A stretch of DNA of 64,000 bases, taken from the NCBI GenBank assembly GCA_039621445.1, contig CP154954.1, positions 38,425,703 to 38,489,702 on the forward strand. The letters run 5' to 3'. The position numbers and the translations under genes were made by a program. Of the stretch, positions 22,301 to 35,906 are shown piece after piece; position 1 is the first letter of the stretch, and each line of letters begins with the position of its first letter. The notes beneath the pieces were generated by a model, which searched no databases, was not told the origin of the DNA, and worked only from the letters and a program-made list of their open reading frames with translations. This DNA comes from Euglena gracilis (taxonomy: Eukaryota).

Positions 22301-25300
22301 ACAAAGTGTCAAAATTCACTAGTAAGAAACACCATGTTTGCTTGGGGTTTTCACCAATGCTTTGATCCATTTGGTGTGGCAGAATCCAACGACGTTCCAA
22401 CCATCATCCATCCACCGCCATCACTGCCCTTTGCCATCTTGCAAGCAACAATCAAGAAAGTCACCAGAGGGTGGGCCATCATCGACAACAAGAGCACAAA
22501 TGGGGTCATGGTAAATCGCCAACCTATCCAGGCAGATGTGCCGATGCCCATCAAGTGTGTTCTGTCTTGTCAGGTTACCATGCTCCTCCTCATGAGACCC
22601 CCCCTGGCCAGCCAAAAGCAGGCCCTTTGACTGAAGCCAACCCCTCCCCCATTGATACCCTGGAATTCACCTGTTTGTGGAGCACCCACCCACCCACCCC
22701 TTGGGGTGCTCCCGGGGGGGGGAGGGGGGAGGCCCGGGGTTCATTCGGGAGCGTGATTTGGCCCTCCTTATTTTGCACACACAAGGGGATTTTGTTATTT
22801 TTGGCGGGGGTCCGGGGCATACAATTTCTTACCGACCCTGGGGGGGTCACTCCACTTTTTTAAAAACCAGTCAGTCACCCATTTTCAAAAAACCAGCCAG
22901 TCACTGCCCCCGGGGGGGGGGTCGGCCACTCAGAAAAACGGCCACTTTCCAGTTACTTTAGGCCATTTCAGGCCAAAAAAAAAATTTCCGGCGCCTTCGA
23001 CACCGGGGTCACTCAAGCCACTTTTGCCCGCTCCTGGCCGCCCCCCCCCCCGGGGGGGAGGGGGTCCGGGCCCAAAACCAGTCAGTCACTCTGAAGAAAC
23101 TAGTCACCCACCCCCCGGGGGGGGTCGGTCAGTGCTTTAGCAATTGCCTGGTCCGGGGGGGGGGGGGGGGGGGTGGCAGCCCCCCCCCCCCCCCCCGGAG
23201 GAGGCCGTAGGTCGACTAAGTTCGCATATTGGGGTTCATACGGGGGCGCGATTTGGCCCTCCTTATTTTTCACACACAAGGGGATTTTGTTATTTTGGGC
23301 GGGGGGGGGGGGTCCGGTGGGTGGCGCCCCCCCCCCCCCCCCCGGAGGCCGACTAAGTTCACATATCGGGGTTCATTTTTTGCAAATGGACCCCCGAACG
23401 GGGGGTTTCTGAAGGCATTTGGGTGGGTTTCGAGTCATTTTCCTCCATATTTGAATGAAAATTTTTGGAGGGGGGGGGCTTAAAATTTTTAGAGGGGGTA
23501 GACTGAAAATTGGTGGTCGGAGCGACTAGTCGCTCCGACCACCAATGGTCGCTAGGCCATCACCAACAGTCGCTAGCGACCACCAAAAAATCCATCACCA
23601 ATTTCCCGCAATGAGCCCATCACGGGCAAATACAGGGAGATGTTTAACCCCCCAAAATAACACCTTGATAATTGTGAACGGCCGGCAGCAAAAATTACTC
23701 GCCACTGGCGTCATGGTCCGAAGGCCAGGCCCCAGTCCTATTGAATGTCCAGGCCCTGGTCCCCCCTGGAGCCAAAAAAGCTTCAGTGGCAGAGAGCCAT
23801 GGGCAGACAGGGGGAAGCGCACCTGGGGGGGTTGCAGTCCTATGGCATACCCCTCTGGCGTCTTTGGCACCGCGGGGGTCAGTGGAATTTTGAAAGAAAA
23901 ATGGGGTTTGGTGGGCGGCCATTACACAAAAATCGTCCATGTCACCCGGACACACCGTGTGTCCGGGTTATGGGCGCCAAAGGCGCCCATAACCCGGGTA
24001 CACGGTGTGTCCGGGTTACAATGGACGATTTTTGTCTATATCCGTTGACTAAGAGGCCCAAGACACACACTGTGTCTCGTGGAACTTAGCCACGCAATGT
24101 CTACCCCGTATTTTTTTGCGATTTTTTGTCAAATTTTCAGTTCACGAGGACACACACTGCGCAGTGCCCTAATTCCCCCCCCAAATTAATGTGCAGTGCC
24201 CTGTTTGTGCGCACCCGCCAAAGGTCCGAAACTAGCTCCCTAAAAAGTGCGCACCCCCCCAAAGGAGAAACTGTCACATCTCAGGTCGGAAAGCACACAC
24301 AATTCTTCCATCCTCCAATCCCAAATTTGACACATTCCACCAGATGTGTCTCGTGGACTGGCAGTCCTCGAGACACAGTGTGTGTCCTCGTGAACTGAAA
24401 AAATCAAGAATTCCCACTGGTCCGACCAACAAGTGCCCCCCAATAACTTGGCCTTTCGGCAACTTTTGGCTTAGAGCATAAAGGTTTCTCGTGGACAAGT
24501 TTTACCACATTCCACTACCTGTCCTTGCAGTTTTTTCTTTCGGAAAATGAAGAAGACCGCAAACAGTGTGGACCGCATGCTCCCCCGACCCCCGAAACCA
24601 GATGAATATGTTGCTACACTGGAAAAGTATTTGGTCGATTTGCAGAAGGGCCCTGCTGTTGACCCAATACACGGTACGTTGTTGGCCAACGTGTTGGAAG
24701 AGAAGCCAAAAGGGACCGCAAAGGCTGAGCGTGTAGCTGTTACACGCCTGTTGGAGTTCCAGCAGGTGTGTAAACATCTGAACGCTCAGTATGAGGACCT
24801 GGATGGCTTTTTTCCCGCATGGGCTGGTTGGGTCATTGACCCCAGATATTTGTTTGATGAGGCTACCCTCATCAATCAAGCTGAGCAACAACGCCGGGCA
24901 CAGTGTGGCACCACATTCAACTTCGAGACATACCTGCCTTCTACCGTTTACAGCTCACGGTTGTCCGGTGACCATCTTTCCACTGCCCTGCTGCATTGCA
25001 TTAGATGTAGAACACCTCGCATTTCTGGCAAACACCTTTTATTTTTCAGTCCACGAGACACAGTGTGTGTCCCAGTCCACGGGGACACACACTGTGTCTC
25101 GTGGACTGCCAGTCCACGAGACACAGTGTGCGTCTTGGGCCTCAGTCCACGGATATTATCCCCAAAGGCTTTGACATCCTGCCGAAATACAACCAGATCT
25201 TACTTTGGTTTTGTGCCCATCATTTTCCCCTCCTACAGAGATGGCGATGTCATCACATTTGGAACCGACCAGTCAGACCTTGTGTACACTTTTGAGGTGT

Positions 25301-28300
25301 GTTCCAAGTTCATGTGGGTTCAGAGCCCAGCTGATTGTTCAATTGGTTTTGTCTGATTTTGCGGTATTAATGTAGTTTGCAATGTCAATTGGGGTTAACC
25401 ATGAGCCTTTTGCAATGCCTTGACCATGCCCCCCCCCCCCCCGACCTCCCCAAGCTATTCCCATAAGGGACAGGAATACCCCCCAAAGTGGCCACCCTCC
25501 AGGCACTGTGGGACCCCAAAATGGCCACTCTGGAGGGGGGGAGACACTTTGGGGGGGGGGTTCAAATTTTGGCCTTCAGTGCCTTTGGCGCCGAAGGAAA
25601 ATGGCCACTTTGAGGGGGGGGGGTGAACGAAAATTTGCCAAACCTTTTGGCTATTTTGGGGGGGTGAGGGTGGCTCACTGTCATAGCAGTTTTATGAGAG
25701 GTCAAAAAAAGTGCTCAAAATCGACGTTTTTTTGGACGCTTTTTGGACTTTTTTTTTTGGACGTGTTTTGCACATATGGCATAAAGTGGAACCCTTACAC
25801 TTACACCAAACACTCACAGTTTCGGGGATGTTTTGCCATGATTTTGGACACTTTTGCCAAAAATTTTGGAACCTTTTTGAAAATAAAAAGAATGGGGTTT
25901 TCAGAGATTTGGACTCCGTTTGGAACTTTTTTGCAAGTTTTTGGGACTTGCCAGTTTTTTTGTTCCCCTTTGCCTGCAGTGTGTTTTTTTTGAATACCTG
26001 TCCATCCAAACGCCGGCATAGCTGGCAGCTCGTGTAAAACGCAGCCAAAAAGATGGGTTTTTTTTGAAATATTTTTTATTATTTTTTTTTAAAAAAGCCA
26101 GGTACACCGGGTTGAATGCTGCACACGCAGCCCATTGACCAAGAGGGAGGTATCGCCGTCTGACCAAGGACAAACTGGAGGACATCTTATGCAGTAAAAC
26201 TGCGTCTTGTACGCATACTCTGTCCTGAGACTCAGACAGACTCAGGACGGAGTCCCCGGGGCCGGGGGGCCCACTAGCAGGGCTAGCTGGTGGAAAATTT
26301 TCAGTACCCACTTGCCTAAAATGCCCATTTTGGCAACAAATTCAGCCCAAAAAAACATGTCACCTGCACCCCCCTATTCCCCCCCAATTGGCTCATCGGC
26401 CTCCGGGACAAGACGACTGTTTCGAAAGTTTTAAAAATGTGCCAAATAAAGAAAAGTCATTGCAAATCCCACTATGCACAGGTCTTCCCCCTGTTTGTCC
26501 CCCCCCCCCCCGTAATGTTGCCACCACCTCACCCCACCCTCCCCACAGTGGCCACCCTTCAGGCACCGTGAGACCCCAAAATGGTCACTCTGGAGGAGCG
26601 GACACTTCGGGGGGGGAGGGGTCAAATTTTGGCCTCTTTGGCATCGAAGGCAATGGCCACTTTGAGGAGGGTAAACCAAACTTTGGCAAAAATTTTTGGC
26701 CACTTTGTTGGGGATCAGGGTATGATCTCATTTGATCAGCTGTGTTGCTCTTAAGAGCTGTGGGGTTGCACCGATTTGTTCAGAGATTGCACAGCCAGTG
26801 ATTTGTTGGATTTAGAGAGCTTTTGTAAAATGTCCCAACATTTTTTTTACTGCCAAGTGTCAAAGTCTCCATAACGGAATCTCAAAAATTTTGGTGAAAG
26901 GTCCCAGGCGTTTTGGCAAAAGAGCCCAAAATTATGGCAAAGTGGTCAACAATTTTGGCAGGAAGTCCCAAAATTGTGAGTGTTAGGTGTAAGTGTGGGG
27001 TGTGTGGGGGGATGTGTAGGGGGGAAACAGGCACCTATGCCGACCGCAGCCGACCGCGGCCGACCGCGGGTTTCAGGACTGTCATAGGTGGGGTGCCGAC
27101 CGCATCCGACCGCAGCCGACCGCGCAACTTTTTTCTAATTGATGTCAATTTTTCAGTGAGAATGAGGAATTAGGCTCATTTTTATCCCAGATGTTGAGAT
27201 TTTTCTGGCTCATCTGGCTCATGTTGTCACTTTTGGCCACTTTTTGCCATTTTTGGTCGCTTTTGTCCCCTTTTGGCCCATTTGCCACCATAATTCACCC
27301 ATTTTGACCTATTTTGACCGTTTTTGGCCACTTTTTGCCCACTTCTTGTAATTTTGGGCCATTTTGTCCTGCTCTTGGGCTCTGTGCTCGGAGGTGCCGC
27401 CAGCTGCGGAATGGTGAGCTTCTGCCTTGGCAGTGGGGCAAGGGGTGGAGGGATGGAGTCAGCAGCGGGGGCCATTGAGTCCGACGGCTCGTGTCGCATG
27501 ATGTTTTGATTGAACAAAGCATATGGCGGAGTTTCTCGATGAGGAGCACTTTTTCGCTGAGGCCGGCCAGCTTGGAGGTGGCATTCTGGGCCATTTTGGG
27601 CCATTTTTGACTATTTAAAGCCGCTTTCGACCTTTTCTTTTGTTATTTTTGCCCATTTTTTTGGTCTCTTTTTGGTCCAATTTGACCATTTTGAGCATTT
27701 TGCGCCAGTTTGTTGCCAAAAGTGAACAAAAGCTGCTAAAGTGACCCAAATTGGCCAAAAGCAGAGTCATTTTGGGCCATTTTGGGGGCATTTTTTTTGT
27801 TATTTTTGTCTGCTTTTGGAACTTTTGGCGATTTTAACCATGTTTTGCCACTTTTAGGCCATTCTTAGGTCAAGTTTGGCTGCTCTTGATGTCAAAAGCA
27901 ACAAAAAGATGTTTAAAGTGGCCTGAAAGTGGCCAGAAGTGGGTAAAAATGGCCAAAAGCAGAGAAAAGTAGTCAAAAGTGGGTTAAAGAGGCCAAAAGT
28001 GGTCAAAAGAGGTCAAAGCAAAGCAAAAGCTGGCCAAAAGCAGCCAAAACACAGCAAAAAGTGGGCAAAAGCAACAAAAGTGACCAAAACAAAGCAAAAG
28101 GCAGGAAATAATGGGCAAAGGCAGCAAAAGTCGACCAAAAGTCGGCAACAGTGGCCAAAAGCAGTCCAAAAGCATCAAAAGCTGGCCAAAAGCAGCGAAA
28201 AGTGGCCAAAAGTCGGCAACAGTGGATTGTGTGATTGTTATATATGCTCATTTTTTGTTGGCCTGCCCCCCCACCTACAGCCAACTACCTTGCTGACCGC

Positions 28301-31300
28301 AGCCGACCGCAGCCGACCGCGGCCGACCGCAGCCGACTGCAGGCTAAAATGTGGAATCTGTCAATAGGTGCTTGCTCGGGGGGGGGGGGGGGCTAGGTCC
28401 CCCCGAGCCATTCCCATACCCAATGTCAGACAATTACTCACTCCAATGTCGGGTCATTTTGAGTAATTTTTTGGGATGTTTGCAAAAATGAGCATATTAT
28501 CCAAAAACATTCAAAACATGAGAGATGTCGTCAGCACCCCCCCACCCCCCCCACTGTCCCACACACCCCTGCTGTCACCTCACACTTCGACGTCGTTGAA
28601 TGCCACTTTTGTGGGCAACTTTTTTGGCATCATTTTTTTTATTTACTCGGCCTTCCTCCTCGTCCGGGAGGGGCACCCCCTGGGACCTCCCCAGAACATC
28701 ATCCTTCTCTGTAAATGGCAAGGATCTATGTCCTTTTGTGCGCAAGTTCTTTTTTTACTTTTTTCGCGACTAATTTTGTTGGTGTGATGCATAAAGCTGG
28801 TTGTCTACTTTCGGACAAGATTTTGAGGTGAAAACCCAAAACAAGCACCAAAAACGGCCATCTTTGGCCATTTTGACCCTTTTTTTTGATGTTATTTTGT
28901 GCCCTCAAGAAGTTGAGAAACAAAGGGGATTGATTGACCCCCCAAAACATATGATGCAAATGTGCAATATTGTTTGTGAATGACACTTCTCAAAACTGAG
29001 TTTCCAGCGATTTCGGAACCCCCCCCCCCCCCGTGATCCCGCACATACCCCCCACACTCCCCCACACCCCCACTGTCACCACACACATGCCCATTCCTGG
29101 GAACAAAATGGGAACCCCCTAACAGTTTCAAGTTTGAGGGCCATATGACCGGTTCCCGTAGGCCCAGGTGAGCTGGCCCAGGGGTACCCTCATTTGGGGG
29201 TCCCCAGAGCACCCATCCAGTTTCTTTCAAAATTTGCAAGTTTCAGCATATCCGCATTTTTCCCACACCCCTGGGCACTAATCCTACCCAGGTTGCAGAC
29301 ATTTTCCTTTAATTCCCCGTCAATTTCAAGATATTTTCAAAAGATCAAAATTTTTGACTGGGAAATCCAAATGCCATGCCCCCCCCCCCCCAATCTGTTC
29401 CTATCCCGGACCCTGTGCGGCCCAATGGGAACAGTGTGGGGGGTAATGAAGCCCTTGAGACAACCTGTTCAACGGTATTTTGCTGCATTCCTGTTTTCCA
29501 TGTTTTGGGCTCTTACCATTTTCAGGCTATTTTGGAGTGAAAATATGGATTTTTAACACCATCTCAAAAATAATGGGCAGCCCTGAGTTGGTGCGACTGG
29601 GAAAAAAAAGTGAAGTGCGACCGCTGCAGAAATTTTGAAGTTTGTGCTGTGATCGTCACTGCATTTGTCAAAATTCTACCCATAAAACCCATAAAACACC
29701 CATAAAACTGTTGGGTGCTGCACTGCTGGTGCACAAAGCACAGGACGATATTTTAACCCCCCAAAATAACACCCTGACAATTGTGAACCAGCTGCTGGGG
29801 GGTTTAAAATGTCACCTTGTATTTTGTGAACCTTCTGCATGTTTTGCTGACCTGCAGCTTGGAGATTTGCTGCTTTGCATTTGTTCCATTTTTTTGATCT
29901 CATGCATTTGTTGTGTCGTGTCGGGCTGATCATTTTTTTGTCTTTTTGTTGCCATCATTTGTGCACAGTGGGGGGCATCATTTTTGTCCATATGGCCTTC
30001 TTGTTGTTGTTTTGAGTTATTCATGCCCATTTGGAGCCATTTTGTGTGTCCATCAACCGTAATTCTTTTTCAACAGGTGAATCGACGCCGAGCAGGCTGT
30101 GGGAGGCAAGAGCAAGTGGATGAAGAAATGCAGAAATTAAAGAAGCTTGCGGACGATGTATGACAATGCAATGGTTTTTGGATTGCATTATCAAAGCGTT
30201 TCCACCTGTGGAAATGGGCGTCATAACTGCCAGAGTGGGTTTTGGAACTTTGACAATCTTCCAGTGCCTCCCTCTCTATTTTCAATGTTGATTGTTGTTT
30301 GACAATTTTTTGACAAATTTGTGTTAACAGTTTATATGATTGTTTTAAATTCACAAATGCAGTGAATATGTATTGTAATTTTTAATTTTACATGTCACCG
30401 TCGGCCAGCTATGTGACTCACAGAAAAATGAGGTCATCCACATCTTCTGGTGCAGAAGCAATCTCCTCATCAATCTCCTTTCAAAATGATGATTTTCGTT
30501 GGTTGAGGCTGCATTTTTTTGGCCATTTTTCAGCCATTTTGTGTTTTTTCCCTGCTGATTTTTGTCAATTTTGCCAGCTTTGGAATTTTTTTGGCCAATT
30601 CCGAACATTTTTTTGGCCTTTTTTAGGGTGATTTCATGGTCACATTGAGGGATTTACTCCCAAAATATTTTAAAAATGACCAATGATTGCACATCAGATG
30701 TGTTGTGTTCTGTTTGCGCGAAATGTTAAAGTGACCAAGAACTGCCCAAACTAGCCGATCGCAGAATTCGAGAGCAAATTAGGAAATGGGGACCCAGCAG
30801 CAAACGTGGGCAGGGGTATGTCTTCTATGGCCAACCTCAGGTGGGGGGTGTCCCCCTCCTGGACCGGGGGGGGGACCCCCTTGGTTTGGTGTAACCAAGG
30901 GGGTCCCTTCCCCCCACCTAAGGGGGTCTGGACAGACGGGGGGGGGGGGGGGCCCCGGGACCGCCCAAAAAGGTCAAATTTTGTTTTTGGTGTTTGCGCC
31001 GAGAATTTTTTTGCGTTTTTGACAAATTAATGCTCAACGCTGTCCCCACAATAGCACATCTGGCCCTTTTGGGGGGGGACAGTCACCCAGACCGCGCAGT
31101 GTTCAGGTGGGGAGTGTCCCCCCCTTAGACCGGCGGGGAGGGGTCCGCCCCCGCCCCCACGTGCCCTTTTGTTGAAGGGCCAACCCAGATTTTTTGGCTT
31201 CTTTTGCCAGTTCTGTTCTTTTCAACCAGGTTAGGTTCAGGATTGTGGTTGGGGTGAGGAAAAGGGTCAGGGTCAGAAATCTGGCTAAAGCAGGCCAAAT

Positions 31301-32969
31301 CATTTCGATAATTGGGCAAATCAGGCCTGATATTAGGCCAAAAATTGACCCAAACCCGACCTCGCCTGCGCAAAAAGTTTCCCGAGGTTCCAAAGGGAAA
31401 TGGGGGGTCCAAGGAGTGTGGCCTGGTCGGACGGCAGTGCCCGGTGGATCACACTGTTGAGCCCCAGGGAGGACAGTTGCTGACGTTCCCCGAAAAGTAC
31501 ATAACCCCCCCAAATATAAAGCCTCCCCCGGCTGTATGTGTGGACAGGATTTCAAGACCCTCAGGAGGGGGGCCTTTAAATTTGGGTGGTTTATTTTGTC
31601 GAGGAATCTCATTTTTCTGAACCGGGTACCAGGCGTCGCTCACGCCGAAGTCCCATCCCCCGGGGAGGGGGGCCAGCCAACTGCCTTTTCCCAGCCCTGG
31701 CCCCTCCATCAACTTTTACAACTTTTACAACTTTTAATTATTTTCCAGCTCCTCAACGGCAGCTGGACGGTAGCAGATTTTTGGCTTTCGGAGGCGCGAA
31801 AATGGGCAAAGAAAATAAAAAAAATGGGCAAAAAATGGGTCGGATTTGGGCTCCCTGTGACTGCGGACCGTTCTGCACTGCTGGTTTCTTCCTGACCTTT
31901 GTGAATTTGAGCAGCGTCTTTATGCATTTCGTTGCTGCAGGGATGGTACAACAAGTCCGAGTATGACAATGCTCGTGCGCAGCTCCAGGACTGGGGTGCT
32001 CCGTCGAAGTGGATGGCGTGGGGCCAGGCTTGGGGGACTGAGTGGCTGGGGTTGAGGCGGTGCTTCGGAAACATTCGACCAGAAGGCTGGCAGGGAAATG
32101 GACAACGAGCCAGAGAGGCCGTTTCCTGCGGTTACCAAGCCTGCACATGATCGCACCCCAAAGAGGACCAGTGATATAAGAGGTGCTCTCCTCATTCCCT
32201 GGCTTGAAAGGAAGTGAAATGTCTGTCCCACTTTTCCCCCCACTGCATCAGAAGACCACACACATCATGGGTGCCAACCACAAGGAAGTATTGTTCTAAA
32301 TACAATTTTTCATAACCCACATCATTTGTGGTGATTGCAATATATTTTTTGGGGGGGTGTTCTTGTTTGTGAATTTCAATATCGTAATTTCAACATGTAA
32401 TTTCAACAATTTCTGAGACATCTTGTTTTTGTGTGGTTTTTTGTTGTTGGTTCACCCCAAGTGCATTTCTGCTGAGCCCTTGGTTGCTGCTGAGAAACCC
32501 TGTTTGAGGGCACCCGTTTCAGGTTTCCGCAGCCTTTCTGGATGAAATCAACGGCATGCATCGTGGGTCGTCAAAGAGACTCAAAGTGCAGAATGAGAAA
32601 CCAGAAATGCACCATCCTCTGTCAGGGATGTCTGACGGCCAACTGAAGGGTACCATGATGGAGAAGGTGTTCAAGTATACTTACAATTTCCACAAGAAGG
32701 ATTGGTTGAAGTCAGTTTGCCCAGGACCTGCCCTGTGGGGAAGTTTCCATTTGGGGTCAGTTCATGGAGGTGGGGGGAGTCAGGTGACAATAATAATAAC
32801 TTTGCGAAAACGGCCCTGAAGGCCTCTCACAGCAATGACCAACACTGCAATCTGTGGAAAAGCTTGTTCAAGGTATGATGATGGTGGTACAGGACAGCTT
32901 CCATTTGATATTTGATGCGAGTTTTGGTCAAGGTTTGTTCGTTTGGGGGAGGGGTTTCTATTTGGCAAT

Positions 32970-33004
<35 letters not shown>

Positions 33005-33680
33005 ATATGTATATATATTGTCAGAATCAATTTATCCATGCCAATTCCTGCAGTAAATTATAACAAATGAGCAAAAACAATCCTGAAAATACAGAAGAAT
33101 GGTGGAGTTTCCAAAAATGCCCAGGGATGGTCAATGGAGGTATCCCAATGGAATTTGATGCAATCTTGTCAGCAAGTTGTGAAGCAAGTCATGAGGTAAG
33201 AAGAGAAAGTTGAGGATGCACAAGAAAGTGTATTTAGAATAATAATAAAAGTCCCCAAGGAAAATTTTCAGGGGAGAAAATCCAAAGGAAGAGCAAGTCC
33301 CAAAAAAAAAAACCCTGTCCTCTGTTGAAGAGTTTTTTTCAACCTTTGGCGGGGTTCGTTACAAAGACTATCCCACACCATCCCTCCAGATCCCCAGGTG
33401 GGTGAGAAGTGAGGCCCAGTTCGGAATCAATGGGATCGGCTTGAATCACGTTTTGGTGGACTGGCAGGAGGCAAGATGGCTTTTCACATTTTTCCATTGC
33501 CTTCTTGTTGGAGCTCATCTTTTGAAGTGTTTTGGAAGAATGAACCTGGAATGGCAATTTGCACCTGGGCCCTGTTATTGTCTGATCACCATGGAAGCAA
33601 AGGCTTTCGACGAAGGAGCGATGAGATTATGCTACCGCATGACGGATTGGACAAAACCAGAAGGAGAGAGAGAATATGTG
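14245..33680 (+). CDS. Spliced FHA + SHOCT-like + alpha-kinase (eEF2K/MHCK family) protein; 3' exons not found
   Basis: Phase-compatible exons: 14245-14354 (..ILRLGR), 21994-22065 (..VSRKHA), 22447-22554 ([11 protein letters not shown]), 25239-25296 (DGDVITFG), 30077-30157 with 31941-31995 ([27 protein letters not shown]), 32533-~32718 ([12 protein letters not shown]) and ~33572-33680 ([16 protein letters not shown]). Confidence 0.8.
14848..15902. mobile_element. TIR element with an internal degenerate (CCCTAA)n tract
   Basis: 27-bp inverted ends at 14848-14874 and 15876-15902 (2 mismatches). Telomere-like hexamers lie at ~15030-15080 and 15570-15845. Confidence 0.8.
15084..15568. mobile_element. 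Tc1/mariner-like MITE nested in the previous element
   Basis: TIRs cagtccctagccgtaaatt / aatttacggctagggactg, flanked by TA on both sides. Confidence 0.85.
16329..16753. mobile_element. MITE with CAGGGG termini and a 7-bp TSD
   Basis: Reads caggggggaaatgcg...cgcatttgctcccctg. The TSD cacacat is at 16322-16328 and 16754-16760. The interior is made of tttttgc(g)cat repeats. Confidence 0.85.
18459..19446. mobile_element. Asymmetric hairpin element H3 (inside H2)
   Basis: Palindrome at 18460-18569 with a GAA loop. IR ~18572-18617 pairs with the right terminus. TTA flanks both sides, and a second copy is at 23925-25155. Confidence 0.88.
18836..19340 (+). pseudogene. H3 cargo ORF ([18 protein letters not shown]..), frameshifted near 19190
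   Basis: Near-identical to ORF 24547.. and homologous to the ORF at 20427. Confidence 0.7.
20204..21341. mobile_element. Asymmetric hairpin element H4
   Basis: Palindrome at 20207-20318 with a GAA loop. aaaacgtgcct (20322-20332) pairs with aggcacgtttt (21329-21339). Tandem ttgaaaacgtg..cacagatgcc repeats flank the ORF. Confidence 0.75.
20427..20970 (+). pseudogene. H4 cargo ORF, a diverged homologue of the H3 ORF with a C-terminal PHD-like finger
   Basis: Across frameshifts it reads [42 protein letters not shown], then [22 protein letters not shown](C..C). Confidence 0.7.
23925..25155. mobile_element. Second copy of H3, in intron 3 of the FHA gene
   Basis: Same hairpin, repeats and ORF (24547-~25050), with TTA on both flanks. 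It carries an extra insertion at ~24159-24345. Confidence 0.88.
27028..28374. mobile_element. Putative MITE with 11-bp TIRs and subterminal gccgaccgca repeats
   Basis: Ends caggcacctat / ataggtgcttg. The 10-mer repeats lie at 27039-27123 and 28292-28340. No TSD seen. Confidence 0.55.
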
Positions 33681-33867
33681 GTGTGTCCATGTGCCATGGC
33701 CCCCCCAATACCCCCTAGGACCCCCCCCCCCGGGGCTCGCTTGCCGTGGAGTTCCAGGAGCCTTCGGCGATTGTGCGGGGTCACCGTGTTCACCACACTA
33801 CTCAAGAGCCTTAAATATTGACCACTGCGAGGTGCCAGTCAACAAGGGTTCAGCTGTGCTGCCGTTT

Positions 33868-34537
<670 letters not shown>

Positions 34538-35478
34538 CACCAGCCTGTTTTTTAAGGTGGTGCCAACCCCACCCCGGGGGTGGTGCCTGCCTGGGCAGGC
34601 CCCCCAAGGCACTCCCGATCCGCCCCCCCCCCCCCCGGGGGAGGCCCCCAGGCAAAAAAGCCCCATCACAATCCCCGGTGTCTTTTTCACCTGGGAGCCA
34701 AAAGTGGCCTTTTTTCAAAGGAATTTGCCTGGGCGCAGGCTGAAATCCGACCCCCTGAGGGGGTCGGATTTCAGCCTGCGCCACGCACATTCCTTCGGAC
34801 CCCCCTCTCCCCCCGGGGTTGGTAAAAAAAAAACAGCCTGGCACGCACGCACACACGCACACACAACACCCCCAGACCCCCCCAGTCTCAAAACCTCATT
34901 ATATCTGGGTGTTTTTATTTTTTTGAGACTCCTTCTGGGTCTTTGCATAGAGCATAGAGCACTGTCCCCCGACGATCCAGGACCCCTCCCCCCCAGCAAT
35001 TGGTCCTGGTGGGGTCAAAAGGGCCATAAGTGGTGTCCATGTGGGTGACTTTTGAAATGAATTGAAATGATTTCAAATAAGATGCAATTAAATTGATGCA
35101 TGTAGATCCGTGGCCTCGATGTTGATTTGTCCCCAAAGAGAAACACATAGCAGCCCCACACCTCTGCCCCCCCCCCCCCGGGATGAAACTGTGTGACCTG
35201 GGGGTGGGTTACACGGATTGCACAAATCGCCGCTTTTACCACCATTTTGGATGAGGTTTTTGGTTTCATATAGGAATCAGGATTAGGATTATGATTTTCA
35301 TCCCTGTTTTGGGCGCTTTTTTTGACAAAATTAGGTTAAATTCGACGTAACTTTTCGTCCAACTACAGCTGAAATTTCCGGCCTAATTTAGGCCTAAAAC
35401 TCAAGAGGACCAAACCCCCGATTCCCAGGTTCCATCACCGGATTACTCTGAAATTCAGGGGTGCCAATGTGGTTGATG

Positions 35479-35906
35479 CAGGGGGGGGGGAATGCAACTT
35501 GCATAATTTGCTTTTTTTGCATAATCAGGTTTTCCCGAAATTTGCATTTTTTTGCATTTTTTTCATAAAATATTTTGCCCTGGAAAAAAAATTTGTATTT
35601 GGTTGCCGTATGTTTGGATTTTTTTTGCATTTTTTTGCATTTTTTTGATAAAATATTTTGCCCTTGAAAAAAATTTTGTAGTTGGTTGGCATATGTTTGG
35701 ATTTTTTTGGATTTTTTTTGGATTTTTTTGCATAAAATATTTTGCCCTGGAGAATTTTTTTTTATTTTAGGCAGCAAAGCTCTGTCATATTCCAGCTTTT
35801 TCTCAAGGTTTTCATGCAAGTTGCATTTTTTTGCATTTTTTTTGCATTTTTTTGCATTTCTTTGACTTGCATAATTTGAAGGGCCAAGTTGCATTTCCCC
35901 CCCCTG
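35479..35906. mobile_element. MITE with CAGGGG termini, related in plan to 16329-16753
   Basis: Reads caggggggggggaatgcaactt...aagttgcatttccccccccctg, with (g)ttgatg duplicated on both flanks. Confidence 0.8.
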
